From NCBI GenBank assembly GCA_041669965.1, contig JBAYAD010000001.1, positions 1-40,828 of the forward strand: a stretch of 40,828 bases of DNA. Reading direction: 5' to 3'. Both the position numbers and the translations under genes were made by a program. This DNA comes from Selenomonadaceae bacterium (GTDB taxonomy: Bacteria; Bacillota; Negativicutes; Selenomonadales; Selenomonadaceae). Shown here in pieces: positions 9,626 through 18,110 of the stretch (the first letter of the stretch is position 1; every line of letters starts with the position of its first letter). The notes beneath the pieces are model-generated. The model was not told the origin of the DNA. It made no database searches and saw only the letters and a list, made by a program, of their open reading frames with translations.

Positions 9626-9628
9626 ATG

Positions 9629-9874
9629 TTACCTCCTGCTTTGCATTTTCACTTCATCATACTGCGCATTTTGCTCTGCTATAATTGACATTATTTCATT
9701 CCAATGCCCCACCAATTCTATGAAGGGTATGTGCTCTGTTACCGAATAATTATCGCTGGTTTCCTTTGAAAGAAACGCTCTAATGTTTTTCAGCTTCTGA
9801 TCGAGCAAATCATCCTCCGCATAGGTATACTCATCTTCACTTAATCCGTAGAATTGGAGGATTGTACGAAAAAA
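9629..9874 (-). CDS. -1 frameshift extension of the tail assembly chaperone (GT / E+E'-like product)
   Basis: The -1 frame is open from the slippery site to the TAA at 9631..9629, 3 nt before the tape measure ATG. It encodes ...FFRTILQFYGLSEDEYTYAEDDLLDQKLKNIRAFLSKE...QYDEVKMQSRR and has no start codon of its own. Confidence 0.55.
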   Translation of the reverse strand, partial: FFRTILQFYGLSEDEYTYAEDDLLDQKLKNIRAFLSKETSDNYSVTEHIPFIELVGHWNEIMSIIAEQNAQYDEVKMQSRR

Positions 9875-10527
9875 TATAATACAGCGTTCTTAATTGCATA
9901 TATATCTCTTGCAGACATCTTCCGGATAAGTGCGTATTGTGTTTGTGAACACATATTGAAAAATCTTAATCCATATTGCATTTCAAATTCAGGATTCATA
10001 ACCTTCCTACGCAGTATTTTTGAATACACTTCTTTTAACTGCTTTCTTTGATAGGCATTAAAATCTTCAAAGTTGTACGGTATTTCTTTTACGATCTGCC
10101 CATCTTCTAATTCGATTTCATCTGCCAGAATTAAAGTCCCAATTGGCTCTGTAGTTGAAACATCCGCTGAATTAAAATAATTGCTGTATGCCATCCCCAG
10201 CTTATAGATGTCAGATCCTTTTAAATTGATCAGATCATTAAACGGTATGCCCGCGGCTACGGACATAATTTTCATTTGAAAATCATCCTCGCTGCCGATA
10301 ACGGGCATTGTTCCGCCTCCGGAAATAAACTGTTTTTCTTCAATATCAATATACTCATCTGCCGATATCCTTTTGAAATCATAGGTGAGCTCATTTTTTA
10401 CGGTTCCGTTTATATCAATCCCATGCTTCAACTTGATGGTACCTGTTATATAATCTGCAGGAGATTTGCTTTTGTTCTCTGCAAGTGCCTTTTCAAATTC
10501 ATCCATTGCCGTTTTAATTTTGGGCAT
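9841..10527 (-). CDS. Tail assembly chaperone (G/E-like, frame 0 product)
   Basis: Lies between tube and tape measure. Start moved to ATG 10527 (MPKIKTAMDEF), which has SD GAGGAG. Contains a slippery site near its 3' end. Confidence 0.6.
   Translation of the reverse strand: MPKIKTAMDEFEKALAENKSKSPADYITGTIKLKHGIDINGTVKNELTYDFKRISADEYIDIEEKQFISGGGTMPVIGSEDDFQMKIMSVAAGIPFNDLINLKGSDIYKLGMAYSNYFNSADVSTTEPIGTLILADEIELEDGQIVKEIPYNFEDFNAYQRKQLKEVYSKILRRKVMNPEFEMQYGLRFFNMCSQTQYALIRKMSARDIYAIKNAVLYFFVQSSNSTD
9868..9874 (-). other. Slippery heptamer T_TTT_TTC for -1 programmed ribosomal frameshift
   Basis: In frame 0 it reads TAT TTT TTC (Y F F), 8 codons before the stop. This is a canonical X_XXY_YYZ sequence. 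Confidence 0.55.
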
Positions 10528-10550
10528 ACTGTATTCTCCTCTCATTTATG

Positions 10551-10580
10551 AGAAAAGGCGCGCTCCTTACAGAACGCGCC
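10551..10580 (-). terminator. Hairpin plus U-tract between tube and chaperone genes (partial terminator/attenuator)
   Basis: Minus strand: GGCGCG-(12 nt)-CGCGCC followed by TTTTCT. Located 11 nt after the tube stop codon. Confidence 0.45.
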
Positions 10581-10590
10581 ACTCTTCACA

Positions 10591-11121
10591 TTATCCTAAA
10601 GCTGTTCTCAGTTCTTTTAGTACATCTATTCCATTATGGTAAAAGATATCGTTAAGCTTGTCAATTTCAAGCTGCACTTCTCCATTTACAATGCGCTTGT
10701 AATAAGAGCAGGACAGTTCTACCGTGTATTCCTGCGCAGCTCCCTGCTCTCCATCAGCACCTGGATCCTTTGTACAACGCCCTTTGCAAATATGAACAAT
10801 TGTTTTGTACGATAAATTTCCCGTGGCTTTATCATAATAAGACACTGCCTGCGTGATCCTGACCGTTGCACCATTTGGGCTGGTAAGTGTGCTTTGCTGA
10901 ACGGTCTGCGAAGTAGTGGTCACAGTTAGAATAAGATCCCCCACCTCATTCGGATCCGGAACACGTAGCTTTCCAATAATACCTGATCCGGAGATTTCCG
11001 TATCCCCATACTCCAAACTTGGCGTTGTAACCTTGGTACTATCCGGAATTTCTTCGAATTTATCTTCTCTGTAGACATCAACAGATTGTCGTGTCATCTT
11101 AGCTGTAATTTGATTTGACAT
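10591..11121 (-). CDS. Tail tube protein
   Basis: 176 aa, immediately downstream of the sheath gene. Size and position match contractile-tail tube proteins. Confidence 0.7.
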   Translation of the reverse strand: MSNQITAKMTRQSVDVYREDKFEEIPDSTKVTTPSLEYGDTEISGSGIIGKLRVPDPNEVGDLILTVTTTSQTVQQSTLTSPNGATVRITQAVSYYDKATGNLSYKTIVHICKGRCTKDPGADGEQGAAQEYTVELSCSYYKRIVNGEVQLEIDKLNDIFYHNGIDVLKELRTALG

Positions 11122-11136
11122 GATCTTTACCTCCTA

Positions 11137-12549
11137 TTATAAATTGGCATTATAACGAACAACCGCCGTTATAGATTTGATCAGGGTTGCGCTTCGGAAC
11201 TGCAGATCAAAAATAAAGTTTCCACTGGCCAATGCCTGCTCCAGCGTCAAACTGCCACTGAATGCGATTGTGCCGCCCTCAATGGCTCCCAGACCTCTCA
11301 ATGCAGCCAGACGAGTGTTATATATATCGACAAGCTCATTGGCTGTCCTGCGCGTCAATGGGGTATCAATCACATCCAAGTAATTCCTGACAAAATCATT
11401 ACGGATATAGTCCGTCATAATTATTGCAACATCGTCTACTTGGCCAGCATCGATTGTTCCGTCTGCGGTATAATTCGAAAATGAATTTCCCCAATATCTC
11501 CATTGCCCCCTGATGAAGTAGCAGGTCGTGATTCCGATAGAATTTAATGTATCTGCATCAGCCTGTGTAATTTTGATAGCCACTCCTGCGCTGGTGACCA
11601 AAGCTTCGATGTTTGCCGCTTTGTTTGAAACGCATATATACGGTATGTCTCCTGCGCTCTTTACAGCATCCATATAGGTTGCTATTGCACGGGCTGCATT
11701 ACGTACCAGCAGTCCACCTACCAGGCCATAAAAGGTAAATCCTTTCATCTTGGCAGATGTAATTCCCTTTGTTGACTGCTCTGTGACAGCATTTGCAACG
11801 GTATCGGCTGCATACTGATAGGCTGCCCATGCGTTAAATCTGCTGTTGATCTGTCCTTCTGCAATCTCTATGAGCTTTTGATATACCTTCTGACCAGTTG
11901 ATCCGGTCACATATGTATCTTCCCATCCCTGCGCGGCAACGATGCTTGGAACAATACCGGTATCAATTTCAATGGTATCCAGTAAATCAAACGCTGTGCC
12001 GATTCTGCAAGCGGTGAATACAGTCTTTTTATATCCAATGCTTTGCGCACTGGACAGAGATCCTGTTATATCATCAATCTGTACTGTTCTGCCATTATTG
12101 ATGTGGTGAGCGGAATAGTCTGTTCCATATACTTTTCCGGTTATAGTGATTGTAGCAGGAACAATATCCTGCCCTTCAATCGTTGCTTTTCCGTTCACGA
12201 AAGTCACCGATGCTGTAGTTGCTGTTGCATCAACCGTTGGCGCTATTGCAGCGGTAATCAGTAATATAGGTCCTACAGCAAGCCCATTTTTAAAGTGCGC
12301 ATATGCTGCCTCGGATAAACTATACTCTTTGTTCCATCCGCCTGTTATCGGTTCATAATAACCGATTTTTGCAGCCACATCTTCTATTGTGCTGCAAAGG
12401 TATGCCTTACCGGCTTTGTCTGCCCAAGCAGCCTCTCCGCTCTGCCATATAGGTGCTCCACCAAAATAACATGGAATGATTGAGCTTGCCTTTGGTGCTG
12501 CTGCGATTGTGTTTCCCCGTTCCGTATAAACCCCGTGTTTATAACTCAT
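11137..12549 (-). CDS. Tail sheath protein
   Basis: Start moved to ATG 12549 (MSYKHGVYTE...) with SD GGAGG. The HGVY N-terminus and roughly 470-aa size are typical of phage sheath proteins. Confidence 0.85.
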   Translation of the reverse strand: MSYKHGVYTERGNTIAAAPKASSIIPCYFGGAPIWQSGEAAWADKAGKAYLCSTIEDVAAKIGYYEPITGGWNKEYSLSEAAYAHFKNGLAVGPILLITAAIAPTVDATATTASVTFVNGKATIEGQDIVPATITITGKVYGTDYSAHHINNGRTVQIDDITGSLSSAQSIGYKKTVFTACRIGTAFDLLDTIEIDTGIVPSIVAAQGWEDTYVTGSTGQKVYQKLIEIAEGQINSRFNAWAAYQYAADTVANAVTEQSTKGITSAKMKGFTFYGLVGGLLVRNAARAIATYMDAVKSAGDIPYICVSNKAANIEALVTSAGVAIKITQADADTLNSIGITTCYFIRGQWRYWGNSFSNYTADGTIDAGQVDDVAIIMTDYIRNDFVRNYLDVIDTPLTRRTANELVDIYNTRLAALRGLGAIEGGTIAFSGSLTLEQALASGNFIFDLQFRSATLIKSITAVVRYNANL

Positions 12550-12554
12550 TTGTG

Positions 12555-13088
12555 TTACCTCCATCCGTTATTCATATTTGGCACCGCCAGGCTGAATTCT
12601 ACATACCCGAATGAATACGGATATGTTGTCATACTGTCGGTGTAGTCACCTATTTCAATGTCTCCGTCAATGGCAAATTTACCATCGATATTCTGCGCTT
12701 CATTTAACTTTGATGATACATATTCAAGTATGTTCCATAGATCAATATAACTTCCCATGTCTGCCGCCGAATAATAACCAGTATTTGATTGTTCCGGTCT
12801 GTATTCATCTTGACTTGTTATTCCTATTTGCACTCTTATGGGTACCATATATGTATCATCACCAGTGCTTTTATTAATTGGTTTTGATATTCCAATAAGC
12901 ATATAGCTGCCATTCTTCTCTATTGATATTGGCTGAAAGTTTTTGTGCGGAAGTTGCCCCAATAATACAGGTGGCGGTGAATCAATAGAGAATCCATCTA
13001 CATCATCTTCTTCTGTTTTTAAGTAATAGGTTTTTAGTAGATTTTCAAGCTCCAGCTTTACATGCCGCATAACTGCTACAGGTGTCAT
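12555..13088 (-). CDS. Tail completion / neck protein (putative)
   Basis: 177 aa. Call is by position between the head-tail joining genes and the sheath. Confidence 0.4.
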   Translation of the reverse strand: MTPVAVMRHVKLELENLLKTYYLKTEEDDVDGFSIDSPPPVLLGQLPHKNFQPISIEKNGSYMLIGISKPINKSTGDDTYMVPIRVQIGITSQDEYRPEQSNTGYYSAADMGSYIDLWNILEYVSSKLNEAQNIDGKFAIDGDIEIGDYTDSMTTYPYSFGYVEFSLAVPNMNNGWR

Positions 13089-13735
13089 TTCGCACCTCCG
13101 TGTTTCTTAAATGTATATTTATATCCTTGTTCTATTTCATGGTCAAGACGCTGATCAAATACTTCACGCATCCGTTTCATAATGGCTTCTTGATTATATT
13201 TATTTATCATTTCTGCAGCGGCTATAGTTACAAGGATCTGCCCTATCTGTCCTTTTTTTCGCATCTCCCTAAATTGTGATGCTGTATATTGTCCTTTTTT
13301 ATATCTGAAAACCAAAGGCTTATTATTCACAATTCGTGCAAATGTACCAGGTATTTTTACTCTCCGTGCCTTATCTGTCATTAATGCTACAGTAGGCAGT
13401 TTTCTTTTTGCTACTGGTCTTCCCTTTTGTCCGGTAAAAACCTTTTCGCCGCCGAGAATTTTAAACTCGGATGCATTTAGTTTGTATCCCGTTACAGTGA
13501 TAATTCCCTTATTTTCTAAGCTATTATGCTTATTATCTGTTTTTATATATTTATAAAAATCTGCTTTTTTGATATTATATGTTTTTCTAACTTCGATCCA
13601 TAAAGCAGACTTTCCTGCAGTTATGCTTCTCGACAGTGCTCTGCCTGTTGCTTTTGGAATTCGTGATCTCATTTCGTCTGTCAAATTTTTTATATCAACC
13701 GAAGGTGCAAAATCCGCTTTGATTTCGATACTCAT
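13085..13735 (-). CDS. Minor tail protein Z (GPZ)-like tail completion protein
   Basis: Basic 216-aa protein. The pattern KATGRALSRSITAGKSAL...IPGTFARIV...FRYKKG resembles lambda gpZ-family proteins. Confidence 0.45.
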   Translation of the reverse strand: MSIEIKADFAPSVDIKNLTDEMRSRIPKATGRALSRSITAGKSALWIEVRKTYNIKKADFYKYIKTDNKHNSLENKGIITVTGYKLNASEFKILGGEKVFTGQKGRPVAKRKLPTVALMTDKARRVKIPGTFARIVNNKPLVFRYKKGQYTASQFREMRKKGQIGQILVTIAAAEMINKYNQEAIMKRMREVFDQRLDHEIEQGYKYTFKKHGGAK

Positions 13736-14034
13736 TTGAACCGCCTCAAATATAAGTGCATGATTCCCATCTCAGTTATTGCTTTTAAAATTGTATAACT
13801 AAGACTGTTTATTTTTAAGAGATTTCCTACCTCATACTTTTTATTATCTGTATCACAAACTGATAGAATTTTATCAGTCATTGCCATAAGTTCATCATTG
13901 CTTTGTGCTTTCATTTCATTCGTAACATCAATAAAAATAGCAGTGAGGGCAGATCCGTTTATTGTTATCTGATCAGCGAATTCATCCATATTTAAAAAAG
14001 TTGTGATATCACTGTCAATATAATCTTTAAACAT
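13732..14034 (-). CDS. Head-tail connector/adaptor protein (putative)
   Basis: 100 aa. Lies between the head decoration gene and the neck genes. Call is by position only. Confidence 0.4.
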   Translation of the reverse strand: MFKDYIDSDITTFLNMDEFADQITINGSALTAIFIDVTNEMKAQSNDELMAMTDKILSVCDTDNKKYEVGNLLKINSLSYTILKAITEMGIMHLYLRRFK

Positions 14035-14082
14035 AAATCTGCCCTCCTTCCTGTGCTATTTTTTGTTGTTTATAAGTATAGA

Positions 14083-14466
14083 TTAACCCGCCGCAGGCAC
14101 TTCAACCGTTATTACGATTGCGAATGCATCTATCCGCACTTCGACAACGGTACCTGTTTCGGCTTTGGCTGCCCATGCATAACCGCATGAAACGTTCTCT
14201 ACTTCTCCGGTTAATGCAGATGGAGTAACCTTCCCAGCGGCTTCATCCCAGTATACAGGAGCGCCCTGAGATATTGCAGCAGTGTTTACCGCAGGTAGTT
14301 CATATACACCCGTCATAAACAGTGTGCCTTCTTCATCAGGTGCAATATCATCTGCTGCAACACCAATAACTGTGCTTGCAAGCGCAACCACAGTACCAGC
14401 TGCAATAGTGGTTGCTCCACTATTTTTATAGGGCATATTCTGACCTTTTGAAATGTACTTTGCCAT
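14083..14466 (-). CDS. DUF2190-family head decoration / capsid cement-like protein
   Basis: 127 aa. The motif VIGVAADDIAPDEEGTLFMTGVYELP...GAPVYWD is typical of DUF2190 proteins encoded next to the major capsid gene. Confidence 0.6.
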   Translation of the reverse strand: MAKYISKGQNMPYKNSGATTIAAGTVVALASTVIGVAADDIAPDEEGTLFMTGVYELPAVNTAAISQGAPVYWDEAAGKVTPSALTGEVENVSCGYAWAAKAETGTVVEVRIDAFAIVITVEVPAAG

Positions 14467-14487
14467 AGTAATATCCTCCCTCTTTTA

Positions 14488-16380
14488 TTATTGTCCGGCG
14501 TTCTTTGCCATGCCTCTGTAATCACCGGCAACGGCGCCATAGTCCATGTAAATGTTCCATTGAACGCCCAACTGACCAGCCATCTGGAACATGTCGATAC
14601 TCGGAGCATTGATGCCTTTAAGAAAATCAACTTCAACGGTATCTACCAGTGCATTGTCAGCAGCCAGATAATATGCTTTTGCTCCGGCTACAGTCTTTGA
14701 GAGTTCCGCATCTACAATTACAGTCAGGCTATTCCTGTGGATGTTTGTTACCCCCGAATTTATTGCATTCAATGCAGCTGTGGATGTTACCAGTTGGAGT
14801 GCCAAATCTTCAAGTTCAGGTGGCACAATGAGATATTTTGCCGGTATGTTCAGTACGCTTTTCCCATCAACGCCGGTTTGTTTTCTCAGCAATGCCTTTA
14901 GCTCAGATATAGTGGTGTTACCGAGAGCACCAGCTGTACCCAAGTTTGCCTTGTCAGCGCTATACAGACTCGATGTTTGCAGAATACTGTACACAAGAGC
15001 ATTTATATCTCTGGCAGCTGCAGCTGCAATCGCCTGAGACATTCTTGAAAACTGACCAATATCATCATTGATGATCATTCTACGGTCAATGCTCAGTACC
15101 TCCCCATAGGTGTCCAACTGGCGATCAAACGGAGATCCTGTGCCATAGCTGCCTTCTTTGAGTTCTCCAGCTTTTCCAACCTTCTTAAGAGATCCAAATT
15201 CCCCTAATCTGTATGTGGAAGCTGGCTTGAAATCAGGGAGTTCTCCGATTCTGCACCACTGCAGATATGTAGGCTCTGCCATTGCGTAAAATCCGTTTAC
15301 AGTCTTATTTACTGCCGTGTCCATGATTGCAGGGAAAAATGATCCGCCTTGCATAAATGCTTTGACCAGAATATCTTCTCCGCTCACTCTTGCGGTGCTC
15401 TCACCGGTTAATGATACTGCTCGCTCAGCCAATCTTGAGATACTAAATCCCCGCAGTTCGTTTGCACCTTCTGCGGGCTTATCAATTCTCGTACCCATAC
15501 GCAATGCGATTGCGTCAGCTGCAGCTGCTCTGAATTTATCTCCTTCGTCCAAGGTCGTACCACTCCCTGCGGGAATGCCTTTCAACCTTTTTGAAAGCTC
15601 ATCCAAAGCAATTTTGCGGACCGCCTCCACTGTAGAGCCTTTTGTGATATGCTCCGAAAGGTCAATGTTGTATTGCCTCTGCATATCCATAATTGTGGTT
15701 ACGCGCTGCCGTTCTGCCTGTTCTGCTCTTGTAGCAGCTTCTGGATCTGTTTGTGTTGTGCTGCTTGCTACGCCTGTTTCATCAGCAGTTCTGTTCTCTT
15801 CGTCCATGTCAGGTTCCTCCTCCGAATAATATTTTGTATTTTCAGCTCGGCTAACACCTACTGTAGGATCAGCCGGCACACTGACTATAGATACTTCTAA
15901 AGGTGTCCATTTTCGTGCAATTATACACGGACCATCAAATCTGCCATCTGCAGATTTACTGCCCGCTTTCACTTCTTCTATGCTGTCATATTTATAACCG
16001 ACGGATACAGCTTTCAATGTCCCTGATTTTACTTTTTGATAAATCCGCTCCGCCTCATCATCTGTATCAAATTCAATGTCTACACATCCTCGGTTATTTT
16101 CAACCCACGCCCTTGTAATTTTACCAATAACAGTATTAACATCGTGATTGAATAAAACTACACCTATGGTGTTTAGCCTGGACAGATCTGCTGCATTTGG
16201 TGCATGATCCAGTATCTCCATTACTCCCCATCTGCTATACGGTGTCTCGGAAGAAAATGACAATGTAAACTTTCGTTCGTTACCTTCTCCTTCAACCATC
16301 CTTATAGCATCTATCTCCATGGCTCTAAACATCGTCTTCTTCATCGGTTTCGTCAGGTTTGTTGCTTGTTTTTTGCTCAC
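14488..16380 (-). CDS. Prohead protease (S78/HK97-type) - scaffold-like linker - major capsid protein fusion
   Basis: N-terminus has FSSETPYSRWGVMEILDH...VVLFNHDVNTVIGKI, which is protease-like. An acidic Glu/Asp/Ala-rich linker follows. The C-terminal roughly 330 aa are capsid-like. GTG start with SD GGAGG. Confidence 0.7.
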   Translation of the reverse strand: MSKKQATNLTKPMKKTMFRAMEIDAIRMVEGEGNERKFTLSFSSETPYSRWGVMEILDHAPNAADLSRLNTIGVVLFNHDVNTVIGKITRAWVENNRGCVDIEFDTDDEAERIYQKVKSGTLKAVSVGYKYDSIEEVKAGSKSADGRFDGPCIIARKWTPLEVSIVSVPADPTVGVSRAENTKYYSEEEPDMDEENRTADETGVASSTTQTDPEAATRAEQAERQRVTTIMDMQRQYNIDLSEHITKGSTVEAVRKIALDELSKRLKGIPAGSGTTLDEGDKFRAAAADAIALRMGTRIDKPAEGANELRGFSISRLAERAVSLTGESTARVSGEDILVKAFMQGGSFFPAIMDTAVNKTVNGFYAMAEPTYLQWCRIGELPDFKPASTYRLGEFGSLKKVGKAGELKEGSYGTGSPFDRQLDTYGEVLSIDRRMIINDDIGQFSRMSQAIAAAAARDINALVYSILQTSSLYSADKANLGTAGALGNTTISELKALLRKQTGVDGKSVLNIPAKYLIVPPELEDLALQLVTSTAALNAINSGVTNIHRNSLTVIVDAELSKTVAGAKAYYLAADNALVDTVEVDFLKGINAPSIDMFQMAGQLGVQWNIYMDYGAVAGDYRGMAKNAGQ

Positions 16381-17857
16381 TGCTTTTTACCTCCGTTTCT
16401 TTTATTCCCAACAAACTCTTCCAATCAGTAAACTGCTTAATATCTTTAAGCGTCTGATATGGATCATTTCCCTGAGCTGTAATAACTTCTTGATATGTTT
16501 TTAGGTTTTTATCCAGCGCCAGTATCTCCGCCTCAATCTCCTTTTTAGGATCTATCCATTTGCGGGCAGGAACAATCCAATCTGCGCACTCTTCATACTC
16601 CGCTCTTTTTGCGAAGAAGTCTGGCAAATTCACCAATCCCAATAGCGCCACAGAGCAATATAAAAACTCATTGAATACCCATCGTAAAAAATGGTCAATG
16701 AGCGTCTGCTGAATATCTCCGTATGTCTCCCAATCTTCTAGCAGTCCCTGCCTTGCAGATGAATAATTCACCTGCGACATATCTCTGCTTGTTGTTTCAT
16801 AGGACAACCCAATTCCTGCACCGGCTAATCGCTGCTGCTGTCTCATGAAATCTACTCCTCCTGAGCTATTTGGTGGCGAAATTGAACTGATTTCATCACC
16901 TTCGTTTAGCTCCATTATCATGCCAGGTGTTAGTTGCTTTCCTGTGTATTCTTTGCGCTCTCCTGCAGAATTAACAGCATTTCTCCCAAATGAAGTAGCT
17001 GTTGGTGCAGCTCGTTTCACAAACGCTGCCAGGCATGCATTTACTTTTTCTTTTGTGAGCATGTATAAGTTCAAATCGTTGATGTCGTATATTTTGCTTA
17101 ATACAGGAGCAAAGCTGGTTATTTCTCTTAACTGAGAAGGTCTCGTTTTTTTCCATATAAAACAAACATCTTTTGCATCAACCTCTATCCGCTCACCTGT
17201 TAAAAGACCATTGGCATCATACTTAACAAAGTAATATTTAACCGGTTTATTGAATTGATTATATTTGATACCGTTTACAGCTCTATTTCCGTTCTCATCT
17301 TTTCCGGTATTATATGTACTGTCCAATTCATCTACTTCAATAACCTGTAATTTAAATGGGAAACTATCTTTGGTGTATACCTTTAAAATGAAAATGCCGC
17401 CATCCAGTTTGTACCGGCGTACAATCATCTCTTGCATTTCCCTAAATGTTTGTGTGCCAGACACATCACATTCTCTGCACCAGCGTTTCCACAAAAGCTC
17501 CAGCTTATCAAATTCATTTTCTAATACTTCTTGCCCATCTGAAAGGCGAATTTGTAATCTGATACCTTTCCCACCAATTACATTTCTGGTGATAGCCGTT
17601 ATCATTGCTTCAATGATATCTGAGTTTCTTTCAGCTGCTCTCACCCTAGCCCTAAGTACATCCCTGCTTAGATTATCAACCCGTGATGCAGGAGAGTTTA
17701 TTGTGTCGCGTCCACGGTTTAATCTCGAATTATCTGCTGCATCATAGCCACCATATATCCCCCTCATTTCATCCATGGCCATTCTGTAGCTGATTCGCTC
17801 CATTGCTTTCTTGGGACTGAATACTGCAATTAATTTTTCAATACCTGTTATTTCCAT
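16325..17857 (-). CDS. Portal protein, lambda family
   Basis: 510 aa. The motif YGGYDAADNSRLNRGR...LRARVRAAERNSDI is typical of Phage_portal_2. Follows the gpW-like gene and terL. Confidence 0.85.
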   Translation of the reverse strand: MEITGIEKLIAVFSPKKAMERISYRMAMDEMRGIYGGYDAADNSRLNRGRDTINSPASRVDNLSRDVLRARVRAAERNSDIIEAMITAITRNVIGGKGIRLQIRLSDGQEVLENEFDKLELLWKRWCRECDVSGTQTFREMQEMIVRRYKLDGGIFILKVYTKDSFPFKLQVIEVDELDSTYNTGKDENGNRAVNGIKYNQFNKPVKYYFVKYDANGLLTGERIEVDAKDVCFIWKKTRPSQLREITSFAPVLSKIYDINDLNLYMLTKEKVNACLAAFVKRAAPTATSFGRNAVNSAGERKEYTGKQLTPGMIMELNEGDEISSISPPNSSGGVDFMRQQQRLAGAGIGLSYETTSRDMSQVNYSSARQGLLEDWETYGDIQQTLIDHFLRWVFNEFLYCSVALLGLVNLPDFFAKRAEYEECADWIVPARKWIDPKKEIEAEILALDKNLKTYQEVITAQGNDPYQTLKDIKQFTDWKSLLGIKETEVKSSEQKTSNKPDETDEEDDV

Positions 17858-17861
17858 TCAG

Positions 17862-18110
17862 TTACCTCCCGCAAAAGTATGCCGCTACAGCATTCAATAG
17901 CTCCGGCGATTGTTGAGAATTTAATGCTTCTCGTTGTCTGTATAAAAAGTCTCTCTCGCTGCGAAGGGCATTATAATCTACCCTGCGTATTCTTCTATTT
18001 CCTATGTTGTATTCTTGCGCGCCTTGTTCACAAGCCCGCATAGCAGCTTCTATTTCTACGATCCGCTGATCTGTTTTTACAATAGCCTCTGATATGGTCA
18101 AGATAATCAC
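17862..18110 (-). CDS. Head-tail joining protein, gpW-like
   Basis: 82 aa. Sits between terL (GpA type) and a lambda-type portal, as lambda W does. Confidence 0.5.
   Translation of the reverse strand: MIILTISEAIVKTDQRIVEIEAAMRACEQGAQEYNIGNRRIRRVDYNALRSERDFLYRQREALNSQQSPELLNAVAAYFCGR

Noticed and set aside
14313-14636. 107-aa minus-strand ORF overlapping the capsid 3' end and the decoration gene
   Set aside because: It lies in an alternative frame, entirely inside two well-supported genes. It has no SD and a low-complexity L/Q/W-rich translation. I treat it as a shadow ORF.
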